Assembly: GCA_964522265.1 (NCBI GenBank)
Contig: CAZFVS010000016.1
Span: 1 to 14,161 of the forward strand
DNA: 14,161 bases
Source: an uncultured Gammaproteobacteria bacterium
GTDB lineage: Bacteria; Patescibacteriota; Microgenomatia; Daviesbacterales; UBA10151
Direction: 5' to 3'
A program made the position numbers and the translations under genes. Below, piece after piece: positions 1 to 7,466 of this stretch. Under the pieces are notes generated by a model. It ran no database searches. It worked only from the letters and a program-made list of their open reading frames with translations, and was not told where the DNA came from. The first letter of the stretch is position 1. Every line of letters begins with the position of its first letter.

Positions 1-46
1 ACTTTTCATATTTATATTGTACCACAAAAAACTTTTCGCGCAATTT

Positions 47-1696
47 CTAATGTTTGGAGGTTGAACCTCCAAACATTACGGAGTACCCTACAAGCACTAA
101 CAAAACACCATAAACAAACGGGGTTGCCTCGTTTTTTAAAAGCTGGGGCCTGGCAGTACCGTCAATGTGTACAACTGCAGGGCATTTTTTTGCCATAAAA
201 GGTGTGCAATTAAAGGTAATTGTCATAAACTCTGCTGAAGATTGGGCTTTCTTAATATCCTTAAAACACCTGAACCGTTGTTCAAACAGGACTACCGGTG
301 CAAAAGGCATAAACTCATCCCTTTTGAGCAGCCTATTCAACTTTTCGGCGGTTTTTTTGTCTGCAGCCGATGCTAAAATTGACCGGTTGCCCAAAGCCCG
401 GGGACCATATTCCATCCTCCCCCTGAAAACGGCGATTATTTTTTTATCTTTCAGTAATTTTGCAACCCTTAGCTTAAGAACCTTGGGTTTTTCGTATTTC
501 AATCCATTTTTTTTAAGAGCTTCCTCTATCGCGACATCTCCAAACTGTGGACCCAAGTATAAGTTTTTAAGCCTGCTGACCTTAATTTCGGTACCTTTCA
601 CAGGCGCTGCAGCTGCCCCATGAGCATTGCCAAAATCCCCCATCCCGGGGTAGACAAAAAGCTTCTTAACCTCCGGAAGCTCAGCAATTGTTTGGTTCAT
701 CCTAACATTCGCACAGACTCCACCTGTCAGCACAATTTTTTTGCAGTCTGTCTTCTTAAGAAGCCTGCTTGCCAAATCCGTAACAACCTCCTCCAGCCTC
801 TTTTGGGCAGCCCAAGCAATATCCTCTTTCTGGAAACCCTTAAGCTGAATAGGCAGTTTTTTCTGCTGACTAAAATAGTATGGGAATAAAAAAACTTTGT
901 CTGAAAGTTTAAGCTTCATACTTTTTGTTCCTAACATCTGCTGTACAATTTCATGCAATTTTTTGAACCCATCAGGTTGCTTTTTGATTCTACCCCAAGC
1001 AGATAATCCAGTTACTTTACCTTCATCAAATCCGGGTTTAAACCCTAAAAGCTCCGTAAAGGCCGCATAAAAATGACCGGCGCTGTGCGGGTCAGGGGTT
1101 GAAACAACCTCTGTTATGATGCCTTTTTCACCAATATAAGCGTTCACAGTATGTTCAAATGAGCTCCCCTCAATATTCAATATCAGGCATTTGCCGGCAA
1201 AACCTGAAGCGCTGTAGGCCGCATAAATATGACAAAGTTTATGGGGAATGTAACGGATTTTTCCCTTAAACCCTAATTTTTTAAGGCTTCTGACCAGTTT
1301 TGCCATCCCCCACTCATCCTTTAATGCTTTTTCAGCCATATTAATACTTCCCTGCGATGAAGCCATCCTTCTGGAAACAACTGACTGGAACTTATCTTTG
1401 GAAAAAGAGATCCTGATAAGATCAAATTTGAGAAGAGCCAATAACCTAAAAAAGGTTTTTATAAAAGCAGCAATTTTCTTTACTGGCGGATATCCGACTA
1501 TATGGATGCAGTCCAATTCCGAAGGTTTGATATCCAAAGTCTCCAAAACAGCCTCAACCGACCTTAAGGGCACTCCTCTTTGCTGTTTTACCCTAGTAAA
1601 CCTCTCCTCGTTTACAGCTGCTGCTAACTTTCCATCTACAACCAGAGCTGCACCGCTATCATGCAGCAGATTACAATTTATGCCTAAAATTTTCAT
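47..1696 (-). CDS. Carbamoyltransferase (NodU/CmcH/TobZ family), apparently lacking the usual C-terminal ~50 aa
   Basis: 549-aa ORF with family hallmarks as I recall them: an N-terminal MKILGIN...HDSGAALV block, GGVCANVRMNQ, FRGRMEYGPRALGNRSILA, DEFMPFAPVVL and HIDGTARPQ. Only 31 aa follow HIDGTARPQ, and no NTSFN...EPIV-type terminal block is present. The ATG overlaps the upstream gene's stop by 4 nt (ATGA). Confidence 0.85.
   Translation of the reverse strand: MKILGINCNLLHDSGAALVVDGKLAAAVNEERFTRVKQQRGVPLRSVEAVLETLDIKPSELDCIHIVGYPPVKKIAAFIKTFFRLLALLKFDLIRISFSKDKFQSVVSRRMASSQGSINMAEKALKDEWGMAKLVRSLKKLGFKGKIRYIPHKLCHIYAAYSASGFAGKCLILNIEGSSFEHTVNAYIGEKGIITEVVSTPDPHSAGHFYAAFTELLGFKPGFDEGKVTGLSAWGRIKKQPDGFKKLHEIVQQMLGTKSMKLKLSDKVFLFPYYFSQQKKLPIQLKGFQKEDIAWAAQKRLEEVVTDLASRLLKKTDCKKIVLTGGVCANVRMNQTIAELPEVKKLFVYPGMGDFGNAHGAAAAPVKGTEIKVSRLKNLYLGPQFGDVAIEEALKKNGLKYEKPKVLKLRVAKLLKDKKIIAVFRGRMEYGPRALGNRSILASAADKKTAEKLNRLLKRDEFMPFAPVVLFEQRFRCFKDIKKAQSSAEFMTITFNCTPFMAKKCPAVVHIDGTARPQLLKNEATPFVYGVLLVLVGYSVMFGGSTSKH
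49..77. terminator. Perfect 12-bp hairpin (AATGTTTGGAGG / loop TTGAA / CCTCCAAACATT) covering the carbamoyltransferase stop codon; possible operon-end terminator or inserted palindromic element
   Basis: Read directly: 49-60 pairs with 66-77. The stop codon (47-49) abuts the base of the stem (49-77), sharing nt 49, and the last 9 codons are encoded by the stem-loop. On the minus strand a T6 run lies roughly 18-20 nt downstream of the stem, so this is not a canonical intrinsic terminator. Confidence 0.3.
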
Positions 1697-3591
1697 TTTT
1701 GAGGATAGTCTTTGAGCAGTTTTTCTAAATTATCTTTTGCTTCCCGATTGGCAGGATTGGTTAAAATAGCTTTCTGAAAATTATTGTAAGCCTGGTCAAA
1801 ATATTTTTGGCTTTGGTAAATTAACCCTAAATTATTATAAATTCCGGCCATACTCTCCTTGATCTCAGTACCGGTCATACCTCCCTTTTCCAGATTAGAT
1901 TTTAACCCCTGATTATAGATTTCAAAAGCTTTGCTCAGACTCTTCTCATTGATATAATGATTACCTAAACCCAGATATGCAGGCATATAATTCGGGTTTA
2001 TACTTATAACTTTTTCAAAGCTTTCTACTGATAAATTATCCTCACCTAAAACCTTGTAAACGTGGGCTAAATTAAATATCGCCTGATAAAAATCAGGACG
2101 CAGTCCGATAGCTTTTTTATAATATAGAACTGCCTTATCAGGCTGGCTTCCAGAGGAATTAAAAGCGCCTATATTATAATATGCTAAAGCGCTTTCGGGA
2201 TAAACTTTGCTGACTGATTGCCACAAACTCATCTGATCTCTCCAATCAAAATTCCGCCGGTAAGTTCTGGCTGAATAAAAAATAACTATTCCTGTAAGCA
2301 GAATCAACCCTATAATCCGTTTCTGCTGGATCAACTTATTTAAAAACCAACTCAAAATCATTACAAACCCGAAAGATGGTATGTACATATACCTTTCCGC
2401 CATAGGAGTAAACTGAGTAATGAAGTTTGAAAACGGCAACAAGGAAACCAAAAACCAACTCAAACCGAATGAAATAACAGGGTTCTTGAAGAACCTGAAA
2501 AAAAGGACCACCAGTGTTAATAAAACTACAGCTGAGGTCAAAATATCCTGATCGAAAAAGTTTTGCCGGGTTAAAATCCCATGGGCGTTTAATGCGGGCG
2601 CAAAAGTTTCAAATCCGGGGGGAATAATATGGTTTAAAGAAAGGTTAACCGGCAAAATTAACAGCAAAAGATACTGCAGGTGTATTTTCAATGTTAAAAG
2701 CTGCATTAAGTAGAAACTACTGAGATCATAGTTAAAATTGGATGAACTCCTGCCTAAAACAGCTATCCTGACAAAAAAGATTACTGCGATAAGAGCCAAA
2801 AAAGGCGCTACCTTTTTGAGCCTGACGAATATCGATATTTTAGACCTGTAAACATAACAGTCATACAGGAACAAAAAAGCCGGGAGGATAACTGCCGGAT
2901 CATAAGTTAAAAATGCCAAACCGGCAAGAAGCAGGGAGGTTTTACGCCTGTTTTTGATGTACAGTAAAAATGACCCAAAAAACAATAAGACTCCGGTCAT
3001 ATCTATACTTGATGTAATGAAGGTAATAGCCTCAGTATGGATCGGATGCAGGCCAAAAAGCAGGGCAGTTAAAAAAGGTGGCAGTGAGTAGTGAGTAGTG
3101 AGTAGTTTGTGCGGGGTGGCAGGAGCGGGTCCTGCACGTAGTGCGGACGGGAGTCTAAATGACTCCCCGGAGGGCCCCCGCCGAGTGCCCGCAGCGACGG
3201 CTTCGAGCGAGGACATCGGGCGGGGGTGGCGACTGACAGGACCCCAAACAAATACTAATTCCCTGGTTATAAAATATATGAGGACAGTTATCCCAAGGTG
3301 GACCAAAATGGAATGAAGATGATAGCCAAAAGGATTTGTGCCAAAAAATTGATGGTATAACACAAATATCATATCCCTTACCGGCCTGTAATCTTTTTTA
3401 GAAACCGGGCCCTCACCTTTAATTATTGCCGGTAAATTTCTAATATCGTTTTTTTCCTGCCAATTGATGATAAAAATAGGATCATCTATAACAAACCTAT
3501 TAGCGAAAATATTTGAATAGGCCAGAAGCGTAAGAAGTATTACTACAACAAGCTGAAACCGAATAGAACGAAATGATTCAAGGATTTTCAT
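1693..3591 (-). CDS. TMTC/PMT-like GT-C fold glycosyltransferase (putative protein O-mannosyl/glycosyl-transferase) with C-terminal TPR repeats; paralog 3 of 3, carrying a GC-rich in-frame insert
   Basis: 632 aa. The N-terminal signal-anchor is followed by FVIDDP, a DD/DE-type first-loop motif of GT-C enzymes. It has LFGLHPIHTEAITFI (a DUF1736/TMTC-like HPxHTE block), about 9-11 hydrophobic helices, PMAERYMYIPSFGF, and then 4-5 TPR-like repeats (YYNIGA..., FNLAHVY..., YLGLGNHY..., YNNLGLIY...). It is collinear with the two upstream paralogs. Confidence 0.75.
   Translation of the reverse strand: MKILESFRSIRFQLVVVILLTLLAYSNIFANRFVIDDPIFIINWQEKNDIRNLPAIIKGEGPVSKKDYRPVRDMIFVLYHQFFGTNPFGYHLHSILVHLGITVLIYFITRELVFVWGPVSRHPRPMSSLEAVAAGTRRGPSGESFRLPSALRAGPAPATPHKLLTTHYSLPPFLTALLFGLHPIHTEAITFITSSIDMTGVLLFFGSFLLYIKNRRKTSLLLAGLAFLTYDPAVILPAFLFLYDCYVYRSKISIFVRLKKVAPFLALIAVIFFVRIAVLGRSSSNFNYDLSSFYLMQLLTLKIHLQYLLLLILPVNLSLNHIIPPGFETFAPALNAHGILTRQNFFDQDILTSAVVLLTLVVLFFRFFKNPVISFGLSWFLVSLLPFSNFITQFTPMAERYMYIPSFGFVMILSWFLNKLIQQKRIIGLILLTGIVIFYSARTYRRNFDWRDQMSLWQSVSKVYPESALAYYNIGAFNSSGSQPDKAVLYYKKAIGLRPDFYQAIFNLAHVYKVLGEDNLSVESFEKVISINPNYMPAYLGLGNHYINEKSLSKAFEIYNQGLKSNLEKGGMTGTEIKESMAGIYNNLGLIYQSQKYFDQAYNNFQKAILTNPANREAKDNLEKLLKDYPQK
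3084..3104. repeat. Tandem heptamer (GTGAGTA)x3 at the edge of the GC-rich insert
   Basis: Three perfect copies at 3084-3090, 3091-3097 and 3098-3104. On the coding strand they encode LLTTHYS. Confidence 0.9.
3109..3243. repeat. GC-rich, stem-rich 135-nt block embedded in frame in the GT-C/TPR gene (candidate inserted structured element)
   Basis: Hand count is 94/130 G+C (72%) for 3111-3240, against 21/60 (35%) for 3251-3310. Stems are GCAGGA 3119-3124 / TCCTGC 3130-3135; GGGAGTC 3149-3155 / GACTCCC 3161-3167 (loop TAAAT); and CCCCCGCC 3175-3182 / GGCGGGGG 3219-3226. GGGGTGGC occurs as a direct repeat near both ends (3113-3120 and 3223-3230). All frames on both strands are open here. The block encodes a Pro/Arg/Gly/Ala/Ser-rich ~45-aa segment that is absent from both paralogs at the aligned position. 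Confidence 0.6.
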
Positions 3592-5317
3592 TTGATAGCT
3601 GTGGATTAATATTTATCAGATCAAGTAATTCCTGTCTAATAATACTATCAGAAGGGTCTAAAACTAAAGCCTTTTTAAAATTTAAAAATGCAAGATCAAA
3701 CTCTTTCCGGTCTTTATAAATAAAACCTAAATTTCTGTACACTATAGACAGATCTTCTTTAGAGCTTATCTTTATTGCCTTTGATAATAACTTTATCGCC
3801 AATTCAGGATTCTCTGCCCTGTAAATATTTGCAAGATTAATATAGGCTGATGCAAAATCCGGGTTAATTTCTATCGCTTTCTTATATTGCTCCTGAGCCT
3901 GATACAAATTCCCTATCTTTTGGTTTGCATAAGCTAAATTATACCTTGCCTGATAAAAATTTGGTTTTAAGCTAATTGCTTTGGCAGTAAAAATTATTGC
4001 AATATCATATTTTTTTTGTTCATTATAGATAGCACCAATACTATAATAACCGAGAGCACTGTTCGGATAAATTTTAACTACTTTCTGCCATAAAGTTTCA
4101 TCATTTTTCCAGTCAAAATTACGCCGGTAAGTCAGCACCAGGTAACAGGCTAACAATCCAATAAGTCCTATCAGACCAACCAGTCTCACGCGCCGTATGA
4201 CTTCCCTAAAAAACAACCCCAAAAACAGCACAAATCCAAATGAGGGGATGTAAAGATATCTTTCTGCCATAGGCGTAAGCTGCGGAGTTAGGTTGGCAAA
4301 AGGCAACAGGCTTAAAAAAAACCAGCCTATGCTAAAAGAGATGATCGGGGTTTTTTTGAAAAATTTTATGGCAATAATAACTAACACTACAACTGATAAA
4401 ATTGATAAAAATACTCCTGATCCAAATATAGATTCTTTAAAAAATAGCCGTAAATCATTGGAAACCGGGGAAAAACTCTCTACCCCATCCGCAATAATAT
4501 GGTTTATGGATAACCACAGCGGTAAAACCATAAGGTATATGTAAAACGCATATATCTTGGACATTAAAAGCTGAGCATGATATAAGCCTTGTAATGAGTA
4601 TTTGCTGAGCACAAAATCATGCTGTAAGAAAATAAACCTGTGTGCTATAAAAATTAACACAGGCACCAGATATCCAATATAATACTTAATGCTGGAAAAA
4701 AATTTGATTTTTTGCTTAAAGCAAAGGCCGTACAACATAATAAGCAGCGGCAATACAACTGCAGCTTCATATATGAGCATCGCCACTATCCCCAAAGACA
4801 AAGAACAGGCATAAAAAACAGGTTTTGACGTTTTTTCGTAAAATAAGTAAAGGTAAAATGAGGCCAGTAAAAAAACTGCACCTGTTGAGTACACCCCGAT
4901 AGTTATAAAAGTTATTGCCTCAGTATGGATGGGGTGCAGGCCAAAAAGCAGAGCTGTGACGAAGGGTAACCAGTGACCACCCCTCAAATGTCTAATTATA
5001 AAATAAATCAACACTGTCGAGGCTAAATGGACCAGAATAGATACAATATGATACCCAAAAGGGTTTACGCCAAAAATTTGATATGCAAGCATGAAAAAGA
5101 GATTACCTATAGGTCTATATCGTGTATTTATACCTGCTGCCTCTTCTCCCGTAAAAATTTTAGGTATATTACGCAAGTCGTTTTTTGTTGTCCATTCAAC
5201 AATAATTTTCGGGTCATCAATCACAAATGCATTTGCGAAGATGTTGGAGTAAGCAAGAAAGGTTAGGATGATAATAATCAGTAATTGGATTTTTGTGGAT
5301 TTGAGCTTTCGGAACAT
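3578..5317 (-). CDS. TMTC/PMT-like GT-C fold glycosyltransferase with C-terminal TPR repeats; paralog 2 of 3 (the 'clean' copy without inserts)
   Basis: 579 aa with FVIDDP, LFGLHPIHTEAITFI, PMAERYLYIPSFGF and a TPR array (YYSIGAIY, YNLAYANQ, YINLANIY, YRNLGFIY). The ATG shares one base with the upstream stop (TAATG), and the stop overlaps the next ATG by 14 nt. Confidence 0.75.
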   Translation of the reverse strand: MFRKLKSTKIQLLIIIILTFLAYSNIFANAFVIDDPKIIVEWTTKNDLRNIPKIFTGEEAAGINTRYRPIGNLFFMLAYQIFGVNPFGYHIVSILVHLASTVLIYFIIRHLRGGHWLPFVTALLFGLHPIHTEAITFITIGVYSTGAVFLLASFYLYLFYEKTSKPVFYACSLSLGIVAMLIYEAAVVLPLLIMLYGLCFKQKIKFFSSIKYYIGYLVPVLIFIAHRFIFLQHDFVLSKYSLQGLYHAQLLMSKIYAFYIYLMVLPLWLSINHIIADGVESFSPVSNDLRLFFKESIFGSGVFLSILSVVVLVIIAIKFFKKTPIISFSIGWFFLSLLPFANLTPQLTPMAERYLYIPSFGFVLFLGLFFREVIRRVRLVGLIGLIGLLACYLVLTYRRNFDWKNDETLWQKVVKIYPNSALGYYSIGAIYNEQKKYDIAIIFTAKAISLKPNFYQARYNLAYANQKIGNLYQAQEQYKKAIEINPDFASAYINLANIYRAENPELAIKLLSKAIKISSKEDLSIVYRNLGFIYKDRKEFDLAFLNFKKALVLDPSDSIIRQELLDLININPQLSNENP

Positions 5318-7401
5318 TAAATTTTAATTGACCCCAAAATAATATCAAACAACCTCATCTGAGGTGAATTTGCAGGGTAGGCCAAAATTTTTATCACCTT
5401 TTCGTCCTGGACCAGGAAAAACTGCAATCTACTCACACCATTATCATCAAAAACCCTGACATAAGCTGTCTGGAAATTAGGGATCCTCGCCAAACCCTGG
5501 TTAACCAACATACCCGCAGGCGATGCTTGTTTGTCCAGAAAATCATTAATCTTCATCTTTGCAGGCTTGGCAGCCTCCTCAAACTCAACAAAAAATTGCC
5601 CATCTTGGTCTTTGATTATAATCTTACCTCCATCCTCAATACTCCAGTAGCTTGGGAAGAAAAACTCAAACCTGTTTTCTTTTTTAAACTTTGCAAAAAC
5701 ATCATTGCCGTAGATCTGGGCGGAATCTGTGGATGCTTTTACCAGGGACAAGTTTTTGAGAGTATTTGAAGCTGCTTTTAAATTCGGATTTAAATTTAGA
5801 GCTGTTTGGTATTCCTCCGCAGCCTTTTCAAGCACCGCTGCCCGCAGGTAAATATTGCCCAAATTCATATGCGCCTGCCAAAAATCAGGTGCTTTGTCCA
5901 GCACTGCCCTGTAATATTTTTCAGCCTCCCCCAGTGCATTAAAATTACCAAACCATATCCCCAGTGTATAATTTGCCAGCAGGTTTCCCGGTGATTTTTT
6001 GACAACATCAGAAAAAAGGCTGATATCGTCTCTCCAAACTATGTTTCTGGCAAAAGTTAATCCTGAGTAAACCACAAGCAGCAAAATAAGCATGAATATC
6101 AGCAGTTGCTGAAAAAACTTTTTGGTAATCCACCCCGGAGACGAAGAAAATATTACACCTCCGAGGTGTGATATAAGCAGCAAAAACCCGAAAGAAGGTA
6201 TATACAAGTACTTCTCAGCCATGGCTCCACCGTGCGGGATGATATAAGAGACAGGCAAAAGAGAGATAAAAAACCATAGAATTGAAAATGATATAATTGG
6301 ATATTTTCTGATGTATTTAACTGCTGCCAAAAGTAACGCTGCTATAACTGCTATGGAAAGCAGGACGTCCGCATCAAAAATAGTCTGGTTTAGGATTGGG
6401 CCAAGTTTGTCATAAGGGGTCATGGATGAGGGAAAATCCCCCACCAGATTATGGATGGCTGTCTGGTTAATTGGGAAAAATAAAAGCCCAATGTAGCGCA
6501 CAAATACCTTGACCATAGTAAGCTGGGTCAGGTAAAAGCTGTACCCAAGATAATCTGTCCTGGAAAGCAGTCCAAGCACACTGAACCTGATAGCCACAAA
6601 AGTTAGAGCTATTGCAAAATAAGGCACAACCTTAAGGTAACTTCTCGCTCTCAGGCGAAGCCTGATCGCTCGAAGAGGAAATCGGAAACAGATCTCATAC
6701 AGCACTATCAGCATAGGCAAAGTCAAAGTCATTTCATAGGTGAAAAAAGCCAGGGCTGCAGAAATAACCGAAGCTCCCAGAATCACACCTCGAAGGTGTA
6801 ATCCCATTTCTTTCACCTTCGAGGTGAATTCCTCTGAGGTGTGCCGCCGGAAAAGCAAATACAGCCAGAAGCTCAGAAAGAAAAATACAGTCCCAAAGCT
6901 TTCCATGCTGGTTGAGATATAATCAATGGTTTCTGTATGGATGGGATGACGGCCAAAAAGCAGGGCTGTGATAAATGGCAAATAGTGACCGGCTCCTAGT
7001 ATCCACCTCGGAGGTGTAACTGCATTTTTTTCACCTCCGAGGTGAGTTGCTTGGGAGATAAGCTGTCTGGTTATAAAATAGACCAAAAGCGTACTGATAA
7101 GGTGGATTAAAATAGCCTGGACCCTGTATCCCAAGGGATTTGAACCCCAAAGCTGGTAATCTACCATATAAAATACTCCTCTAAGCGGCCGGTAGATCTT
7201 GCCTTGTGCAGGCGGTGCAGAACCCTTTAAAATCTCACCCAAATTTTGAAAACTTTGAATCTGGGGCCATTGTTCCAGAAATAAATGGTCATCCCAAAGC
7301 AGCCTATTGGGCAATGAGTTGGCATAAACCAAAAAAGTCAATATCAGAACAACCAAAAGTTGAATTTTTGTATCTTTAAGCGATTTTAATAGATCTGACA
7401 T
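5317..7401 (-). CDS. TMTC/PMT-like GT-C fold glycosyltransferase with TPR repeats plus an extra ~135-aa C-terminal domain of unknown function; paralog 1 of 3, carrying several hairpin-element inserts
   Basis: 694 aa with a LLWDDH loop motif, LFGRHPIHTETIDYI, AMAEKYLYIPSFGF and TPR-like repeats (NYTLGIWF, HMNLGNIY). The tail after the TPRs (STDSAQIYGND...ILGSIKI) has no counterpart in the other two paralogs. Confidence 0.7.
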   Translation of the reverse strand: MSDLLKSLKDTKIQLLVVLILTFLVYANSLPNRLLWDDHLFLEQWPQIQSFQNLGEILKGSAPPAQGKIYRPLRGVFYMVDYQLWGSNPLGYRVQAILIHLISTLLVYFITRQLISQATHLGGEKNAVTPPRWILGAGHYLPFITALLFGRHPIHTETIDYISTSMESFGTVFFFLSFWLYLLFRRHTSEEFTSKVKEMGLHLRGVILGASVISAALAFFTYEMTLTLPMLIVLYEICFRFPLRAIRLRLRARSYLKVVPYFAIALTFVAIRFSVLGLLSRTDYLGYSFYLTQLTMVKVFVRYIGLLFFPINQTAIHNLVGDFPSSMTPYDKLGPILNQTIFDADVLLSIAVIAALLLAAVKYIRKYPIISFSILWFFISLLPVSYIIPHGGAMAEKYLYIPSFGFLLLISHLGGVIFSSSPGWITKKFFQQLLIFMLILLLVVYSGLTFARNIVWRDDISLFSDVVKKSPGNLLANYTLGIWFGNFNALGEAEKYYRAVLDKAPDFWQAHMNLGNIYLRAAVLEKAAEEYQTALNLNPNLKAASNTLKNLSLVKASTDSAQIYGNDVFAKFKKENRFEFFFPSYWSIEDGGKIIIKDQDGQFFVEFEEAAKPAKMKINDFLDKQASPAGMLVNQGLARIPNFQTAYVRVFDDNGVSRLQFFLVQDEKVIKILAYPANSPQMRLFDIILGSIKI
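5352..5366. repeat. Solo palindrome of the CACCTC/GAGGTG family (ACCTCA-TC-TGAGGT, followed by G)
   Basis: ACCTCA at 5352-5357 pairs with TGAGGT at 5360-5365. The 10-mer GAGGTGAATT (5361-5370) is identical to 6821-6830, next to hairpin copy B. Confidence 0.5.
6131..6168. repeat. Hairpin element copy C (inverted orientation, one degenerate arm)
   Basis: The arms are CACCCCGGAGACG (6131-6143, 10/13 to consensus) and CACCTCCGAGGTG (6156-6168). The 12-nt spacer AAGAAAATATTA resembles the reverse complement of the copy A and B spacers (AAAGAAATGGGATTA, AAAAAAATGCAGTTA). It encodes HLGGVIFSSSPGW, which is absent from the paralogs. Confidence 0.55.
6786..6826. repeat. Hairpin element copy B: 13-nt arm, 15-nt spacer, 13-nt arm
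   Basis: CACCTCGAAGGTG (6786-6798), spacer TAATCCCATTTCTTT (6799-6813), CACCTTCGAGGTG (6814-6826). The arms are exact reverse complements, and each arm is also nearly self-palindromic. It sits inside the segment SEEFTSKVKEMGLHLRGV, which is missing from both paralogs. Confidence 0.8.
6829..6841. repeat. Extra degenerate arm (TTCCTCTGAGGTG) abutting hairpin copy B
   Basis: 11/13 match to CACCTCNGAGGTG, with the CCTC-T-GAGG palindrome at 6831-6839. Confidence 0.4.
7004..7044. repeat. Hairpin element copy A: 13-nt arm, 15-nt spacer, 13-nt arm
   Basis: CACCTCGGAGGTG (7004-7016), spacer TAACTGCATTTTTTT (7017-7031), CACCTCCGAGGTG (7032-7044). The arms are exact reverse complements. The architecture, spacer length and TAA...TTT spacer ends match copy B. 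It encodes part of THLGGEKNAVTPPRW, in the same loop that carries the GC-rich insert in paralog 3. Confidence 0.8.
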
Positions 7402-7466
7402 TTGAGATTTAAGATTTGAGATGCTAACTCCGAGTTTATCACAGAAAAAGACCTAAACAGAAGATG

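Noticed and set aside
1-170. A frameshift at the A-run (ttttaaaaaacg, minus strand) that would restore a full-length carbamoyltransferase C-terminus.
   Set aside because: I translated both alternative frames. One stops after ~12 codons. The other gives ...NPVCLWCFVSACRVLRNVWRFNLQTLEIARKVFCGTI-stop, which only superficially resembles the NTSFN region, has the wrong spacing and has no EPIV block. That is not convincing.
3084-3246. An intein or a self-splicing (group I or II) intron as the explanation for the GC-rich insert.
   Set aside because: At ~45-55 codons it is far too short for an intein, and it lacks the splice-junction residues. At ~135 nt it is too short for a group I or II intron, and I see no domain V-like motif. 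It stays in frame, so no splicing is needed to keep the ORF open.
3069-3251. A 60-aa minus-strand ORF nested in the GC-rich island, and similar nested minus-strand ORFs at 7658-7909 and 7958-8185.
   Set aside because: They are out of frame inside well-supported longer genes. The first exists only because the GC-rich block has no stops in any frame. None has independent coding evidence.
5352-7044. A CRISPR array or other regularly spaced repeat locus, considered because of the recurring CACCTC/GAGGTG palindromes.
   Set aside because: The arms are 13 nt long and pair as inverted repeats around 12-15-nt AT-rich spacers. The spacing between elements is irregular (hundreds of nt). All copies lie inside one continuous ORF, and no cas genes are present.
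7402-7466. The intergenic direct repeat ATTTGAGAT...ATTTGAGAT upstream of the first GT-C/TPR gene, as a possible regulatory site or terminator for the upstream gene.
   Set aside because: It is only two 9-nt copies with no dyad symmetry, no stem plus T-run, and no -35/-10 arrangement. That is insufficient to call.
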